A stretch of 64,000 bases of DNA from Negativicutes bacterium (GCA_963665275.2 CAXXIN010000018.1:18300-82299); one strand, 5' to 3'. Positions 49,739 to 59,956 are shown, numbered from the stretch's first letter. The notes: generated from the sequence alone by a model not told the origin. Numbers and translations: made by a program.

Positions 49739-51568
49739 ATGTGGCGGAAGAGCAGCCTGCGGCAGAAGATATTGATTGGGTATTTCATCCTCGTGGCGGT
49801 CATTGCCACTGTTGGAGCATGGTCGATTTACAACGTTCAACAACTTAACAAAGTGCTTACCGATATCACCAAAGAAAACTATATCAGTGTGCTGGCCGCC
49901 GAAAATATGATTGGAGCCTTGGAGAGACAGGACAGCGGAGCACTCTTTTTGCTGCTGGGTGAAAAGCAACAGGGATTGGAGATTTATCAGGCTGGCCGCG
50001 AGGAGTTTCAATACTGGTTTGACCAGGAGGAACGAAATATCACCTTGCCCAATGAAGGAGAACTTGTCGTCCGTATCAAGGATAACTACAGTAAATACAG
50101 TCAATTGCTCGATGCCCTTACTCGCCTGAATGCATCCGGCGATGGCGGGGGCGTGCGCAGGATGTATCTGGTCGAGATCTATCCGTTGTTCAATACCATT
50201 CGGGCTGATCTGCAGAATGTACTGGCAATAAATCATCAGGAATTTATTGCTGGAAATGCACGGTCAGGCGACACTGCCAGGCAGGCGGCGGTATCGGTGG
50301 CTGCGGTCGGCGGCAGTGCGGTGATTTTTGGGATTATCTTCGCACTTGCCCTTTCAACGGCCGTTGTTCAGCCTGTTATTCGCTTGACGGAGACGATTAA
50401 ACGCATTCGGGAAGGCAACCTGAGCGAGACGGTGGCAGTATCCGCTTTGGACGAAATGGGCAACCTTGCCTCGGAATTTAACAGCATGCTCCAGCGTTTA
50501 CGCGCTTATGAGAACGTTATCTATGGAAAGCTGGCGGTTGAGCAGCAAAAGGCTCTGGCTATTATTCAGGCCATGGCGGATGGGATTGTACTACTTGGGC
50601 AAAATCAGCAGGTCGTGATGCTGAACCCGGCGGCGGAGCAAATTCTCGGAATAAAATCCGCTGATGCGGCAGGGAAATATGCAGGGCAGGTTTTTCTCCA
50701 ACCCGATATAGTCCGTTGGTTGGAGCAGACGGGTAATTCCGATCAAATGCTTGTTGAGAGAGCCGTGGCGATTAAGGCTGGAAGGCAGGAACATTTCTAT
50801 GAAATAGAGGTTACACCCTTTAAGACGTGGGAAGAGACTGGAAATGTAATAATTCTTAAGGATGTTACCAACTTCAAGCTGCTGGACAAGAAAAAAGCGG
50901 AGTTTTTGTCCGGCATTGCACATGAGATTCGAACCCCGCTCACATCTATCACCATGGGGCTTGGAATTTTAAACGAGAGCAGTATATTGAAAGAAAATCG
51001 AAGTGCAATCGAAATATTGGCCGTAATACAGGAAGAAACAGCCAGACTGACGACGTTGATGGATGAATTCCTCGAATTATCACGATTTGAGTCAGGCGGT
51101 GCCGAACTAAAAACTCAGCAGTTGGAAGTTGCAGCTCTATTGGAACGAACCATCGCAGCGTTTCGAATGCAAGCGGAAAAAGTGCATATTCGGCTTGAAC
51201 TAAGTATGTCGGAACCGATCCCCCCCGTAGTATGGGATGCAGGCAAAATTCAGTCGGTTATTTCCAATTTGATTACCAATGCGTTGCGCTATACCCCGAC
51301 TGGGGGAAGGATAGTCGTTACGGCAGGAAATGCGGCGGATGCCGTTTTGATTTCGGTTACCGATACAGGGCCCGGGATACCGGGGAAGCTGCAAAAAAAA
51401 ATATTCGATAAATTTTTTCAAATGGACGCAAGGCCTACCGGCAAAGTGGGTCTTGGGCTGGCAATTTGCAAGGCGATTGTCAAGAAGCACGGCGGGAAGA
51501 TCTGGGTGGAGAGCAGGGAAGGTCAAGGAGCGACGTTTTTCGTTGAACTGCCTATTCAAGCAACCTGA
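49739..51568 (+). CDS. sensor histidine kinase (helical periplasmic sensor, HAMP, PAS, HisKA, HATPase)
   Basis: H-box IAHEIRTPLTSI, with N/G boxes NLITNALRYT, DTGPGIP and GLGLAICK. ATG at 49739 follows GGGAGG. Confidence 0.85.
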   Translation: MWRKSSLRQKILIGYFILVAVIATVGAWSIYNVQQLNKVLTDITKENYISVLAAENMIGALERQDSGALFLLLGEKQQGLEIYQAGREEFQYWFDQEERNITLPNEGELVVRIKDNYSKYSQLLDALTRLNASGDGGGVRRMYLVEIYPLFNTIRADLQNVLAINHQEFIAGNARSGDTARQAAVSVAAVGGSAVIFGIIFALALSTAVVQPVIRLTETIKRIREGNLSETVAVSALDEMGNLASEFNSMLQRLRAYENVIYGKLAVEQQKALAIIQAMADGIVLLGQNQQVVMLNPAAEQILGIKSADAAGKYAGQVFLQPDIVRWLEQTGNSDQMLVERAVAIKAGRQEHFYEIEVTPFKTWEETGNVIILKDVTNFKLLDKKKAEFLSGIAHEIRTPLTSITMGLGILNESSILKENRSAIEILAVIQEETARLTTLMDEFLELSRFESGGAELKTQQLEVAALLERTIAAFRMQAEKVHIRLELSMSEPIPPVVWDAGKIQSVISNLITNALRYTPTGGRIVVTAGNAADAVLISVTDTGPGIPGKLQKKIFDKFFQMDARPTGKVGLGLAICKAIVKKHGGKIWVESREGQGATFFVELPIQAT

Positions 51569-51591
51569 AGCAATAATTGGGGGTGTGGAAA

Positions 51592-52299
51592 ATGAACCAT
51601 AATAACAAAATTTTAGTAGTCGACGATGAAAAAAACATCCAGTTTGTAATCACCAAATGCTTGGAAGAAGCGAAGTATTCAGTTGTAAACGCGTCTGACG
51701 GGGAGAGCGCATTGGAAGCCATAGGCACGGAATCTTTTGCGCTCGTTATACTCGATATCAAGCTTCCCGATATGGATGGGCTGCAGGTGCTGCAAAAAAT
51801 AAGAGAACTGCTTCCTGAGCAGAGGGTCATGATGATTACGGCGCATGGAACCATCGAAACAGCGGTGGAAGCCATGAAGCGCGGAGCGGTTGATTATCTG
51901 CAGAAACCATCTACACCGGAGGACCTCCGGGCCACAGTCGGCCATAATATAAGCAAGTTAGTGACAGTTCAGATGGAACCGAACGAAACCTTTGACAGCT
52001 ATATTTCCCAGGGAAGACGCCTCTTGGAGCAAAAGCAACTTGATAAAGCAATGTTGGTTATTCGTAAGGCACTCCAACTTGAATCCGAACGTCCGGAACC
52101 CTTCAATTTGCTCGGCGTCTTGGGTGAGTTACGCGGTGATTTTAAGGCCGCTAGCAGAATGTACCGTGTGGCTTTGGCGCTCGATAGCGCTTACAAACCG
52201 GCAATTTTAAATTTACAGCGAATTAGCCAATGGAAACATGACTCGGAGCATATTAATTTTGGCGATGTTCCTGAAGAAAAAGTTCCTTTCCCGTTGTAG
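51592..52299 (+). CDS. response regulator, receiver domain + TPR-like C-terminal domain (no DNA-binding domain seen)
   Basis: REC ILVVDDEKNI...VILDIKLPDMDG...AVDYLQKP. The C-terminal helical repeats LDKAMLVIRKALQLESERPEPFNLLGVLGELRGDFKAASRMYRVALALD are TPR-like. Confidence 0.8.
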   Translation: MNHNNKILVVDDEKNIQFVITKCLEEAKYSVVNASDGESALEAIGTESFALVILDIKLPDMDGLQVLQKIRELLPEQRVMMITAHGTIETAVEAMKRGAVDYLQKPSTPEDLRATVGHNISKLVTVQMEPNETFDSYISQGRRLLEQKQLDKAMLVIRKALQLESERPEPFNLLGVLGELRGDFKAASRMYRVALALDSAYKPAILNLQRISQWKHDSEHINFGDVPEEKVPFPL

Positions 52300-52302
52300 T
52301 GT

Positions 52303-52440
52303 GGGGCTTGAAAACAGGCATGGAGGGCGGATATGTGCCCTGAGGGGATTAATAGGGAAGTCCGGTGTAATGCCGGCGTGGGCCCGCCATTGTATAGAGG
52401 CCGGCTACTCAAATAGTGGGTAGTCGACCTCTCGATTTTA
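52303..52440 (+). promoter_or_regulatory. cobalamin (B12) riboswitch-like element with no downstream + strand gene
   Basis: The core AATAGGGAAGTCCGGTGTAATGCCGGCGTGGGCCCGCCATTGT (52351-52393) matches the conserved AAnAGGGAA..GGTG..AA..CC..G.CCCGCCACTGT core. AGTGGGTAGTC resembles the CCACTG..GGGAAG element. A hairpin AGAGG...CCTCT (52396-52432) is followed by CGATTTT. A canonical B12 box is not evident. Confidence 0.55.
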
Positions 52441-52448
52441 ATGATTGA

Positions 52449-54029
52449 TTACAGGTAAATTTTCGCTCCGGGACCGAGTGGCCAATTGAACAGCATGAAG
52501 GTAACCAGCCAACCGCCCCAGGTAATAGCGAACCAGAATGCAAACGGGAGTTGGGCGGCAATGATCGTTCCATAGCCAATCTTCTTTTCATCAGATTTGA
52601 CATAGTGGTTGATAATGCCGAGCATAACCGGGATATAGTAATTGAGAGGGCTGATGGGGTTGGTGATGCTTTCCCCTACTCGATACGCAGCCTGCACGAG
52701 GGCGGGTTCATATCCGAGCAGACCAAACATGGGGACGAAAATCGGGGCGAAGAAAACCCATTTGGCCGAACCGCTGATCAAAAGGAAGTCGGCCAGACCA
52801 GACAACATCATAAAACCGATGACCAAAGGGATGCCGGTGAAATGGATAGATTGCAGGAAGTGAGCGCCCTGAACGGCGATAACGGTTGCCAGGTTGCTTT
52901 TGGTGAACCAGGCAATAAATTGGGAGGCGGCCATGGCGAGGACGATGAAGCTGACTGAACCGCTAACGCCATTGGCCATCAGTTTGGGAATATCCGCTTC
53001 ACTCTTTATGACGCCTTTGCCAATGCCAAACGCCATTCCGACGGCAACAAAGAAGATGAAAATCAGTGGAATAATTCCGGATAACAGCGGGGACTTGGGA
53101 ACCAACTCATGAGTTTTTGGATCGCGGAGCCAGCCAAATTCCGGCACCGTCATTGCGAGAAGAAGAAGTATATAAATGACAGTTGTCCACCCTGCGTACT
53201 TCAGTCCTCGTTTTTCTTCCGGGGTCAACTCATGTGATTGCGTTACGGCATCCAGCTGCATATAAGGCATAAATTTGTCGAGACGCGGCGCCACCACTTT
53301 TTCGGCGACGATGGTGCCGACAACGGTCAGAATAATAACTGAGGAAGACATGAAATAATAATTGATCAGAACGTGCACCGGAGAATGCATGGTTTGAGGT
53401 AATATCTGGGTGGCGGTGGCTGTGATACCGGCTATGAGAGCATCCGTTCCTGCCGGAAGAAAATTGGCGCTGAATCCAGCTTGTGTTCCGGCGAAGGCAA
53501 CAGACATGCCAACCAGAGGGTTTCGTCCCATGCCGGCGAAGACGGCTGCGGCGACAGCCGGCATAAATACGGTGGCTGCATCGGAAGCCAGATTACCGTT
53601 GATGCCAAGACACATAATGGCCGCAGTGACTCCCCAGGACGGAACATTCAGCAAAACTCGGCGTACCAAGGCGGTAACCAAGCCGGTGCTTTCGGCAATT
53701 CCCATGGCCATCATCATGACCACTACCAGGCCAAGCGGAGGAAAGGCCACGAAATTCTTCACCATGTCCGCCAAAAATGACTGGAAGGAAGGGACGTTGA
53801 TCAAGTTAAGGACCTTGACAGTGATCATTTTGTTGCCTGCACCCATGTAGGTGGCTGAGGCCCCTTCGAAAACGAATGATAGCGCGAGAACTGCTGCGGC
53901 GAGAGCGATAAACAGGGTAAATGGGGATGGGAATTTGTTTCCGACATACTCTAAAATGTCAAGAAAACGCTGCAGGGCACTTGAAGTTCCATCACCTGCG
54001 ACCGGGACACTGGATTTTGGACTGGTCAA
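52449..54029 (-). CDS. AbgT-family transporter (p-aminobenzoyl-glutamate transporter family)
   Basis: 526 aa, polytopic, with typical AbgT N-terminus LQRFLDILEYVGNKFPSPFTLF. The TTG start lies 7 nt after AAGGAGG and directly abuts the upstream stop. Confidence 0.88.
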   Translation of the reverse strand: MTSPKSSVPVAGDGTSSALQRFLDILEYVGNKFPSPFTLFIALAAAVLALSFVFEGASATYMGAGNKMITVKVLNLINVPSFQSFLADMVKNFVAFPPLGLVVVMMMAMGIAESTGLVTALVRRVLLNVPSWGVTAAIMCLGINGNLASDAATVFMPAVAAAVFAGMGRNPLVGMSVAFAGTQAGFSANFLPAGTDALIAGITATATQILPQTMHSPVHVLINYYFMSSSVIILTVVGTIVAEKVVAPRLDKFMPYMQLDAVTQSHELTPEEKRGLKYAGWTTVIYILLLLAMTVPEFGWLRDPKTHELVPKSPLLSGIIPLIFIFFVAVGMAFGIGKGVIKSEADIPKLMANGVSGSVSFIVLAMAASQFIAWFTKSNLATVIAVQGAHFLQSIHFTGIPLVIGFMMLSGLADFLLISGSAKWVFFAPIFVPMFGLLGYEPALVQAAYRVGESITNPISPLNYYIPVMLGIINHYVKSDEKKIGYGTIIAAQLPFAFWFAITWGGWLVTFMLFNWPLGPGAKIYL

Positions 54030-55241
54030 TTAAATTCCTCCTTCATTCTTGGTTTTTCTTTCCAGGAATGTTAACGCCGCAAGGGCGGTTTCCTCCATTA
54101 CCTGAGCTCCGATAAACAGCGCACGCTCATCAAAGTCGAAGCCGCCGCTGTGGAGTGGGCGAACCGGGAGACCGGGAGTTCCACAGCCAACGAAAAAATA
54201 TGCGGATGGAACTTTTTCTGCGAAAAAGGCGAAGTCTTCGGCGCCCAAAACGGGTTTGTGATCCGAATGAACGTGCTCGGCGCCGAGAAATCGACTGGCA
54301 GTCAATACGACGAAGCTTGTTTCATCCGGCGCATTCTGCAGGCTGGGATAGCCGAATTGGTAGTCCAGCTCATAGTGACCGCCATACCCATCACAAATGC
54401 CCTGGATCATTCGCTTCATCCTCTCGGGAATATCTTTGCGGACGAATTCATTCAATGTACGGACTGTGCCTTCAAGTGTGACTTCTTTGGCAACCACGTT
54501 ATAACGCTCACCACCATGGATTGTGCCGATATTAATGGTCGCAGTTTCTCGAGGGTCAGTTTGTCGATGAATGATGCGGCTCAATGCTGTCAAAACATCG
54601 GAAGTCATCATGATGGAATCGATTCCCTGATGCGGAGCTCCAGCATGCGCACCAGCTCCGAACAACTTGAGCTGGAAACGGTCTGAAGATGCCATCATCG
54701 TGCCCTTGCAAACCCCGATATCACCATAAGGTAAGTCCGGCCACAGATGCATTCCGAACATCATGTCGACTTTTGGGTTTTCCAGAATTCCATCGGCGAT
54801 CATCAAGGGAGAACCGCCTTTGGGCGCTGCTTCTTCTGAGGGTTGGAACACCAGTTTGACGGTACCGCGCCAGGAGTTGCGATTTTCTTTCAGAGCGGTC
54901 GCTGCACCCAGCAACATCGAAGTATGGCCATCGTGTCCGCAGGCGTGCATGATGCCTGTATTGCGCGAGCAATAGGGAACCTGGTTGATTTCCATGATCG
55001 GTAAGGCGTCCATGTCAGCTCGCAAGCCGATGACTCCCCCGGGGCCCTTTCCTTCAATCGTTGCCAATACACCGGCGTGGCTGTCAAAGGTTCGCGTCGG
55101 GATATCCAGCGCGTGAAGTTGCTGGAGTATGAACTCCCGGGTTTTAAATTCGGCGCCGCTCAGTTCGGGGTTCGCATGCAAAGCTCTGCGCCATTCAATC
55201 ATCTGCCCGAGTTCTTTGGGTAAAATTGTTGCCGCCGTCAT
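54030..55241 (-). CDS. M20-family amidohydrolase (AbgB/hippurate-hydrolase-like)
   Basis: IEWRRALHANPELSGAEFKT and MHACGHDGHTSMLLG motifs. ATG at 55241 follows GGAGGAG; the ORF-track start at 55376 is too long. Confidence 0.85.
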   Translation of the reverse strand: MTAATILPKELGQMIEWRRALHANPELSGAEFKTREFILQQLHALDIPTRTFDSHAGVLATIEGKGPGGVIGLRADMDALPIMEINQVPYCSRNTGIMHACGHDGHTSMLLGAATALKENRNSWRGTVKLVFQPSEEAAPKGGSPLMIADGILENPKVDMMFGMHLWPDLPYGDIGVCKGTMMASSDRFQLKLFGAGAHAGAPHQGIDSIMMTSDVLTALSRIIHRQTDPRETATINIGTIHGGERYNVVAKEVTLEGTVRTLNEFVRKDIPERMKRMIQGICDGYGGHYELDYQFGYPSLQNAPDETSFVVLTASRFLGAEHVHSDHKPVLGAEDFAFFAEKVPSAYFFVGCGTPGLPVRPLHSGGFDFDERALFIGAQVMEETALAALTFLERKTKNEGGI

Positions 55242-55488
55242 CGGGTGTCTCCTCCACTTCTTATATACAGTTTGTCCCAAAACCGGTTGTTGTTTTGTGT
55301 CTGTAATGCTATGATTTACTTGAAAAAATACTATCACACATAACGGACAAATAAAAGACATTTCCGTATAATTCATGAATATGCACAGAACCAGGGATAA
55401 TTATAAATTGTCGGTGATGGATGCCGCTTTTGTCATGATTCTGGGGTGTTGAAAAAATGCTATATTTGAAAAACGAGCAGGTGAAAAA

Positions 55489-56811
55489 ATGCGAAAAATT
55501 AAAATTGGCGTTGTAGGACCGGGAGATTCTGTGGCATTAATTGAAGAGGTTGCTACTGAATACAATGATAAAATGAGCGTGAAAGGGTATATATATGAAG
55601 ACGCTTCGGAGGTGCCGTATATAATTGAACGGTTCGATCCGGACGTTGATATGTGGATGTTTTCCGGCAAGGTTCCGTATCGATATGCTATGGCGGTGAA
55701 AAGCAGCATAAAGCCCAAAATGTTTATGCCCCATACGGGAACCAGCATATATCGTGTGCTGTTATACCTAGCCAGAGAGAGGATTCCTGTCGGAAGTATG
55801 AGTTTTGATACATTCAGTCGGCAGGAGATTATTGAAACCTTTGAAGATGCTGAAACGTTTCTGCCTAAAATTTATGTTAATGACTATGACGGAGTTGTTT
55901 CTGCCAGTGAGCTCACTAAGTTTCACCTGGATTTATGGAATTCTGGCAAGACCAAGGTTGCTGTGACGTGTTTTTTTGCAACATACCAGGAGCTAATAAA
56001 GCAAGGGGTTACTGCTTTTCGGATTTGGCCGACCAAAAGCAATATCCGGTCGATGCTTGATTTGGCTTTAAGCCGGGCGGATGCACTGAACTCCAAAGCG
56101 GGCCAGATTGCGATTCTACATGTTGCAATAGATGGATATGACGATTTCAGTCGTGAGGCTGTTTCAGGTTACGCTGTTCTGAAGGTTGAACTGCAATTGC
56201 ATGAAGTTTTGCTGGGGTTCGCGGAACGAGTCAAAGGTGCGATTGTCATGCAAGGAAACGGACGCTTCACGCTCTACTCGACTCGCGGCGCCATGGCAGA
56301 GATTACCGATGGATTCAATCATATGCCTATCATGGAAGAAATCGGCAGACGCTTGTCGATCAGCGTTAGCGGTGGGATTGGATTTGGTGATACTGCATAC
56401 AATGCCAATGAAAATGCGATGATCGCGCTCGGATTGGCGCGACGCAAAGGCAAACGCAAATGGATGGTAGTGCTGGATGATAAGAGTGTTATTGGACCGC
56501 TGGATTCTGAACTGCAGATAAAATACTCTATTCGGAGCCAAACTGCCGATATGCTGGCACTGGCGAAACAATTGAATGTCAGCGGGACAACTTTGAATCG
56601 TCTGCTTTCGGTTTATGCCAAAATTGACGGTGAAATCCTGGGGGCTGAAACCCTGGCCAGTTACCTTTCCATGACAGAACGCAATGCCAGACGTTTACTC
56701 GCTAGGTTGGCTGAACATGGAATGGCAGTGGAAGCCGGGGAAGAAAGCCATGGCGCTGGGCGGCCCCGAAAAATGTTCCGTATCGATGTGCAAAAAATTT
56801 TGCAGCAATAG
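55489..56811 (+). CDS. putative transcriptional regulator: N-terminal alpha/beta domain, degenerate GGDEF-like domain, C-terminal HTH
   Basis: The central segment IAILHVAIDGYDDFSREAVSGY...VMQGNGRFTLY...VSGGIGFGDTAYNANENAMIALGLARRKG has the GGDEF fold pattern, with GGDEF replaced by GNGRF. The C-terminus LSMTERNARRLLARLAEHGM is HTH-like. The gene is divergent from the M20/AbgT operon. Confidence 0.5.
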   Translation: MRKIKIGVVGPGDSVALIEEVATEYNDKMSVKGYIYEDASEVPYIIERFDPDVDMWMFSGKVPYRYAMAVKSSIKPKMFMPHTGTSIYRVLLYLARERIPVGSMSFDTFSRQEIIETFEDAETFLPKIYVNDYDGVVSASELTKFHLDLWNSGKTKVAVTCFFATYQELIKQGVTAFRIWPTKSNIRSMLDLALSRADALNSKAGQIAILHVAIDGYDDFSREAVSGYAVLKVELQLHEVLLGFAERVKGAIVMQGNGRFTLYSTRGAMAEITDGFNHMPIMEEIGRRLSISVSGGIGFGDTAYNANENAMIALGLARRKGKRKWMVVLDDKSVIGPLDSELQIKYSIRSQTADMLALAKQLNVSGTTLNRLLSVYAKIDGEILGAETLASYLSMTERNARRLLARLAEHGMAVEAGEESHGAGRPRKMFRIDVQKILQQ

Positions 56812-56889
56812 CCGAAAAACGATGCGTAAAAGGAAAAATTCCAGCGTTGTCGAACATTATACGAATCAACTATTTATGGAGGTACGCCA

Positions 56890-57342
56890 GTGAATATTCG
56901 CAAAGCTGTGTTGACAGATATCGAAGGAATTTATGAATTGGTCGACTATTACGCCGACCGGGGCCTGATCCTCCCACGGTCCCGTCACTCCATATTCGAA
57001 ACTCTACGTGATTTTACGGTTGCCGAGCAGGACGAATATATTGTTGGAACCGGTGCTTTGACGCTGGCTTGGGATGGATTGGCAGAGGTCAGGGCGTTAA
57101 CGGTATCGCCCCAACATCTCCGGAGTGGTCTGGGGCTGAAAATCATTGAGGCGATCACTGGCGAAGCGCGGCAGCTGGGAATTAACAAATTGTTTGTGCT
57201 GACCTATCATCCGGAGTTCTTTGTGACGGCAGGGTTTGCGGAGATCGGTAAAGAAGCGCTACCCCATAAAGTCTGGCGTGACTGCATCAATTGCAGCAAG
57301 TTCCCTAATTGTGACGAAACTGCAATGACGCTGGAACTGTGA
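56890..57342 (+). CDS. GNAT-family N-acetyltransferase (short ArgA-like amino-acid acetyltransferase)
   Basis: 150 aa with acetyl-CoA site VRALTVSPQHLRSGLGLKIIE. GTG start lies 7 nt after GGAGG. Confidence 0.75.
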   Translation: MNIRKAVLTDIEGIYELVDYYADRGLILPRSRHSIFETLRDFTVAEQDEYIVGTGALTLAWDGLAEVRALTVSPQHLRSGLGLKIIEAITGEARQLGINKLFVLTYHPEFFVTAGFAEIGKEALPHKVWRDCINCSKFPNCDETAMTLEL

Positions 57343-57354
57343 GGAGGGAAATCA

Positions 57355-58723
57355 TTGCTGATCGATAAAAAGACCGATTTTTCGCAATCGGAGCTGTCGT
57401 TTGATGAGATTGACGCGGGGTTGACCACAAAGGAAGCGATTTCCGAAGCCAAGCGTTGCTTAAATTGCAAAACACCGCTTTGTCGTAAAGGCTGTCCGAT
57501 TGGAAACGATATTCCAGGATTTATTCACGCCCTCGCCAACGGCAATATCGGCGAAGCCAGCGCGATCATTGCGCAACGCAGTAATCTGCCGGCTGTGTGT
57601 GGCCGAGTGTGTCCACATGAGCGGCAGTGCGAAGGTTCGTGCGTGCTCAATCGCAAAGAGTGCGGCATTCAGATCGGAAAACTGGAACGATTTATCGCCG
57701 ATTTTGATGCGGAGATGGGGGATTCATATTCACAAGAATGAATTGCCGGTGCAGGGGAAAGTGGCTGTGATCGGATCGGGTCCAGCGGGTCTGACTGTGG
57801 CAGGCGATTTGGCCAAACTCGGATTTGTAGTGACGATTTTTGAGTCGCAGGCTGAGCCTGGCGGGGTTCTGATGTATGGTATTCCGGAATTTCGATTGGG
57901 CAAGGATATTGTGCGTCGCGAAATCCGGCGAATTCAGGAACTCGGCGTAGAAATTCGGACGAATGTACTAGTGGGTCCGGATATCACTGTGGATACCTTG
58001 TTTGAAGAAGGTTTCGACGCAATTTTTATCGGTACGGGAACGGCGCTACCCAAGACTTTGAATCTGCCGGGTGAAGAACTGCCGGGCGTGGTGCAGGCGG
58101 CATATTTTTTGGGGATGGTGGCGCTTACCCGAGCGGGTAGTTTGGATATCAAGGAAGTACCAGTGGCGGCAAGAGACAGGGTCGTTATCGTCGGCGCCGG
58201 CAATGTGGCGATGGATGCGGCACGCACCGCGCTGCGTCTGGGTGCGGCTAAAGTTACGGTCGTTTATCGGCGTACAGAAAAAGAAATTACGGCGGAAAGA
58301 GCCGAATTTGAAGCGGCTCGGAACGAGGGAGTCGAGTTTCATTGGCTTGCCAGTCCTGTTGCCATCAGCGGCAAGAAAAAAGTAACCGGGCTTGAGTGCG
58401 AAATTCAAACCCTATCTCCTGACAACCAATTGCAGTCCACCGGTCAACGGGAAACTCTGCCTGCCGATGTTGTTTTATTGGCGATTGGGCAGCGCCCGGC
58501 GGCTCGCATTGTGTCAACGACTCAGGGCATCGAGGTTGATGGAAACGGATATGTGGTTACAAGGGATCGTCCTTATGGAATGACGACGCGTCGGGGAGTT
58601 TTTGCCGGCGGCGACGTAGTGCATGAACCGGCGACGGTGGTGCTGGCAATGAAGGAAGCGAAGAAAGTTGCCGCTGGGATCGCTCAATATGCTGAGGCAA
58701 AGAAAATTATGGAAAGTTGTTGA
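57355..58723 (+). pseudogene. NADPH-dependent glutamate synthase small-subunit-like (GltD/SudA-type) oxidoreductase, split by a +1 frameshift in a G5 run
   Basis: ORF 57355-57741 encodes the Fe-S N-terminus (CLNCKTPLCRKGCPIGNDIP...CGRVCPHERQCEGSC). ORF 57500-58723 in the next frame continues ...HIHKNELPVQGKVAVIGSGPAGL.... Removing one G from GGGGG (57717-57721) restores EMGIHIHKNELPV. Confidence 0.75.
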
Positions 58724-58822
58724 GGTTCCTTCTGAATTTTCCAACTTTTAGACAAAAGCTTGCGCGCGAAAAACATCTATGCTATATTGTTTACAAATAT
58801 CATACGGCGGGTAAAAGCAAAG

Positions 58823-58865
58823 AAGCTTGCGAAACGGAAACGTTCGCAAGCTTTGATTTGTTTTA
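58823..58865 (+). terminator. strong hairpin with GAAA tetraloop and U-tract
   Basis: AAGCTTGCGAA-A-CG GAAA CG-TTCGCAAGCTT followed by TGATTTGTTTT, 100 nt after the gltD-like stop. Confidence 0.6.
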
Positions 58866-58925
58866 GCCGGGATTTGAGCAAAGAAGCTCGTGGACAATCT
58901 TGATTGTTCCGGGCTTTTTCGTTTT
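58866..58925 (+). terminator. second terminator-like hairpin
   Basis: AGCCGGGA...TTCCGGGCT with inner stem GGACAATC/GATTGTTCC, followed by TTTTTCGTTTT. Confidence 0.4.
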
Positions 58926-59089
58926 GATCGGCAACGTCTATGATCTGATAGGAAGGAGGTGCGAAGTTAAACTGATAAGGAGAAAAACGAAGGCTGAATG
59001 AGTAGTGCAAGTACTCATTCAGCAGGGGTAGCCAAAAAACCCGGGCGGGCTTATTGATCATACCCATTTGTCATTGTAACAGAAAGTGA

Positions 59090-59956
<867 letters not shown>

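Noticed and set aside
52238-52423. 61-aa + strand ORF overlapping the riboswitch-like region
   Set aside because: It has no RBS and overlaps the 3' end of the response-regulator gene in another frame. The region is better explained by the conserved cobalamin-riboswitch core.
58777-59067. 96-aa minus-strand ORF in the nifH upstream region
   Set aside because: It has no RBS and an implausible sequence. It spans three hairpins and terminator-like structures, so it is most likely non-coding.
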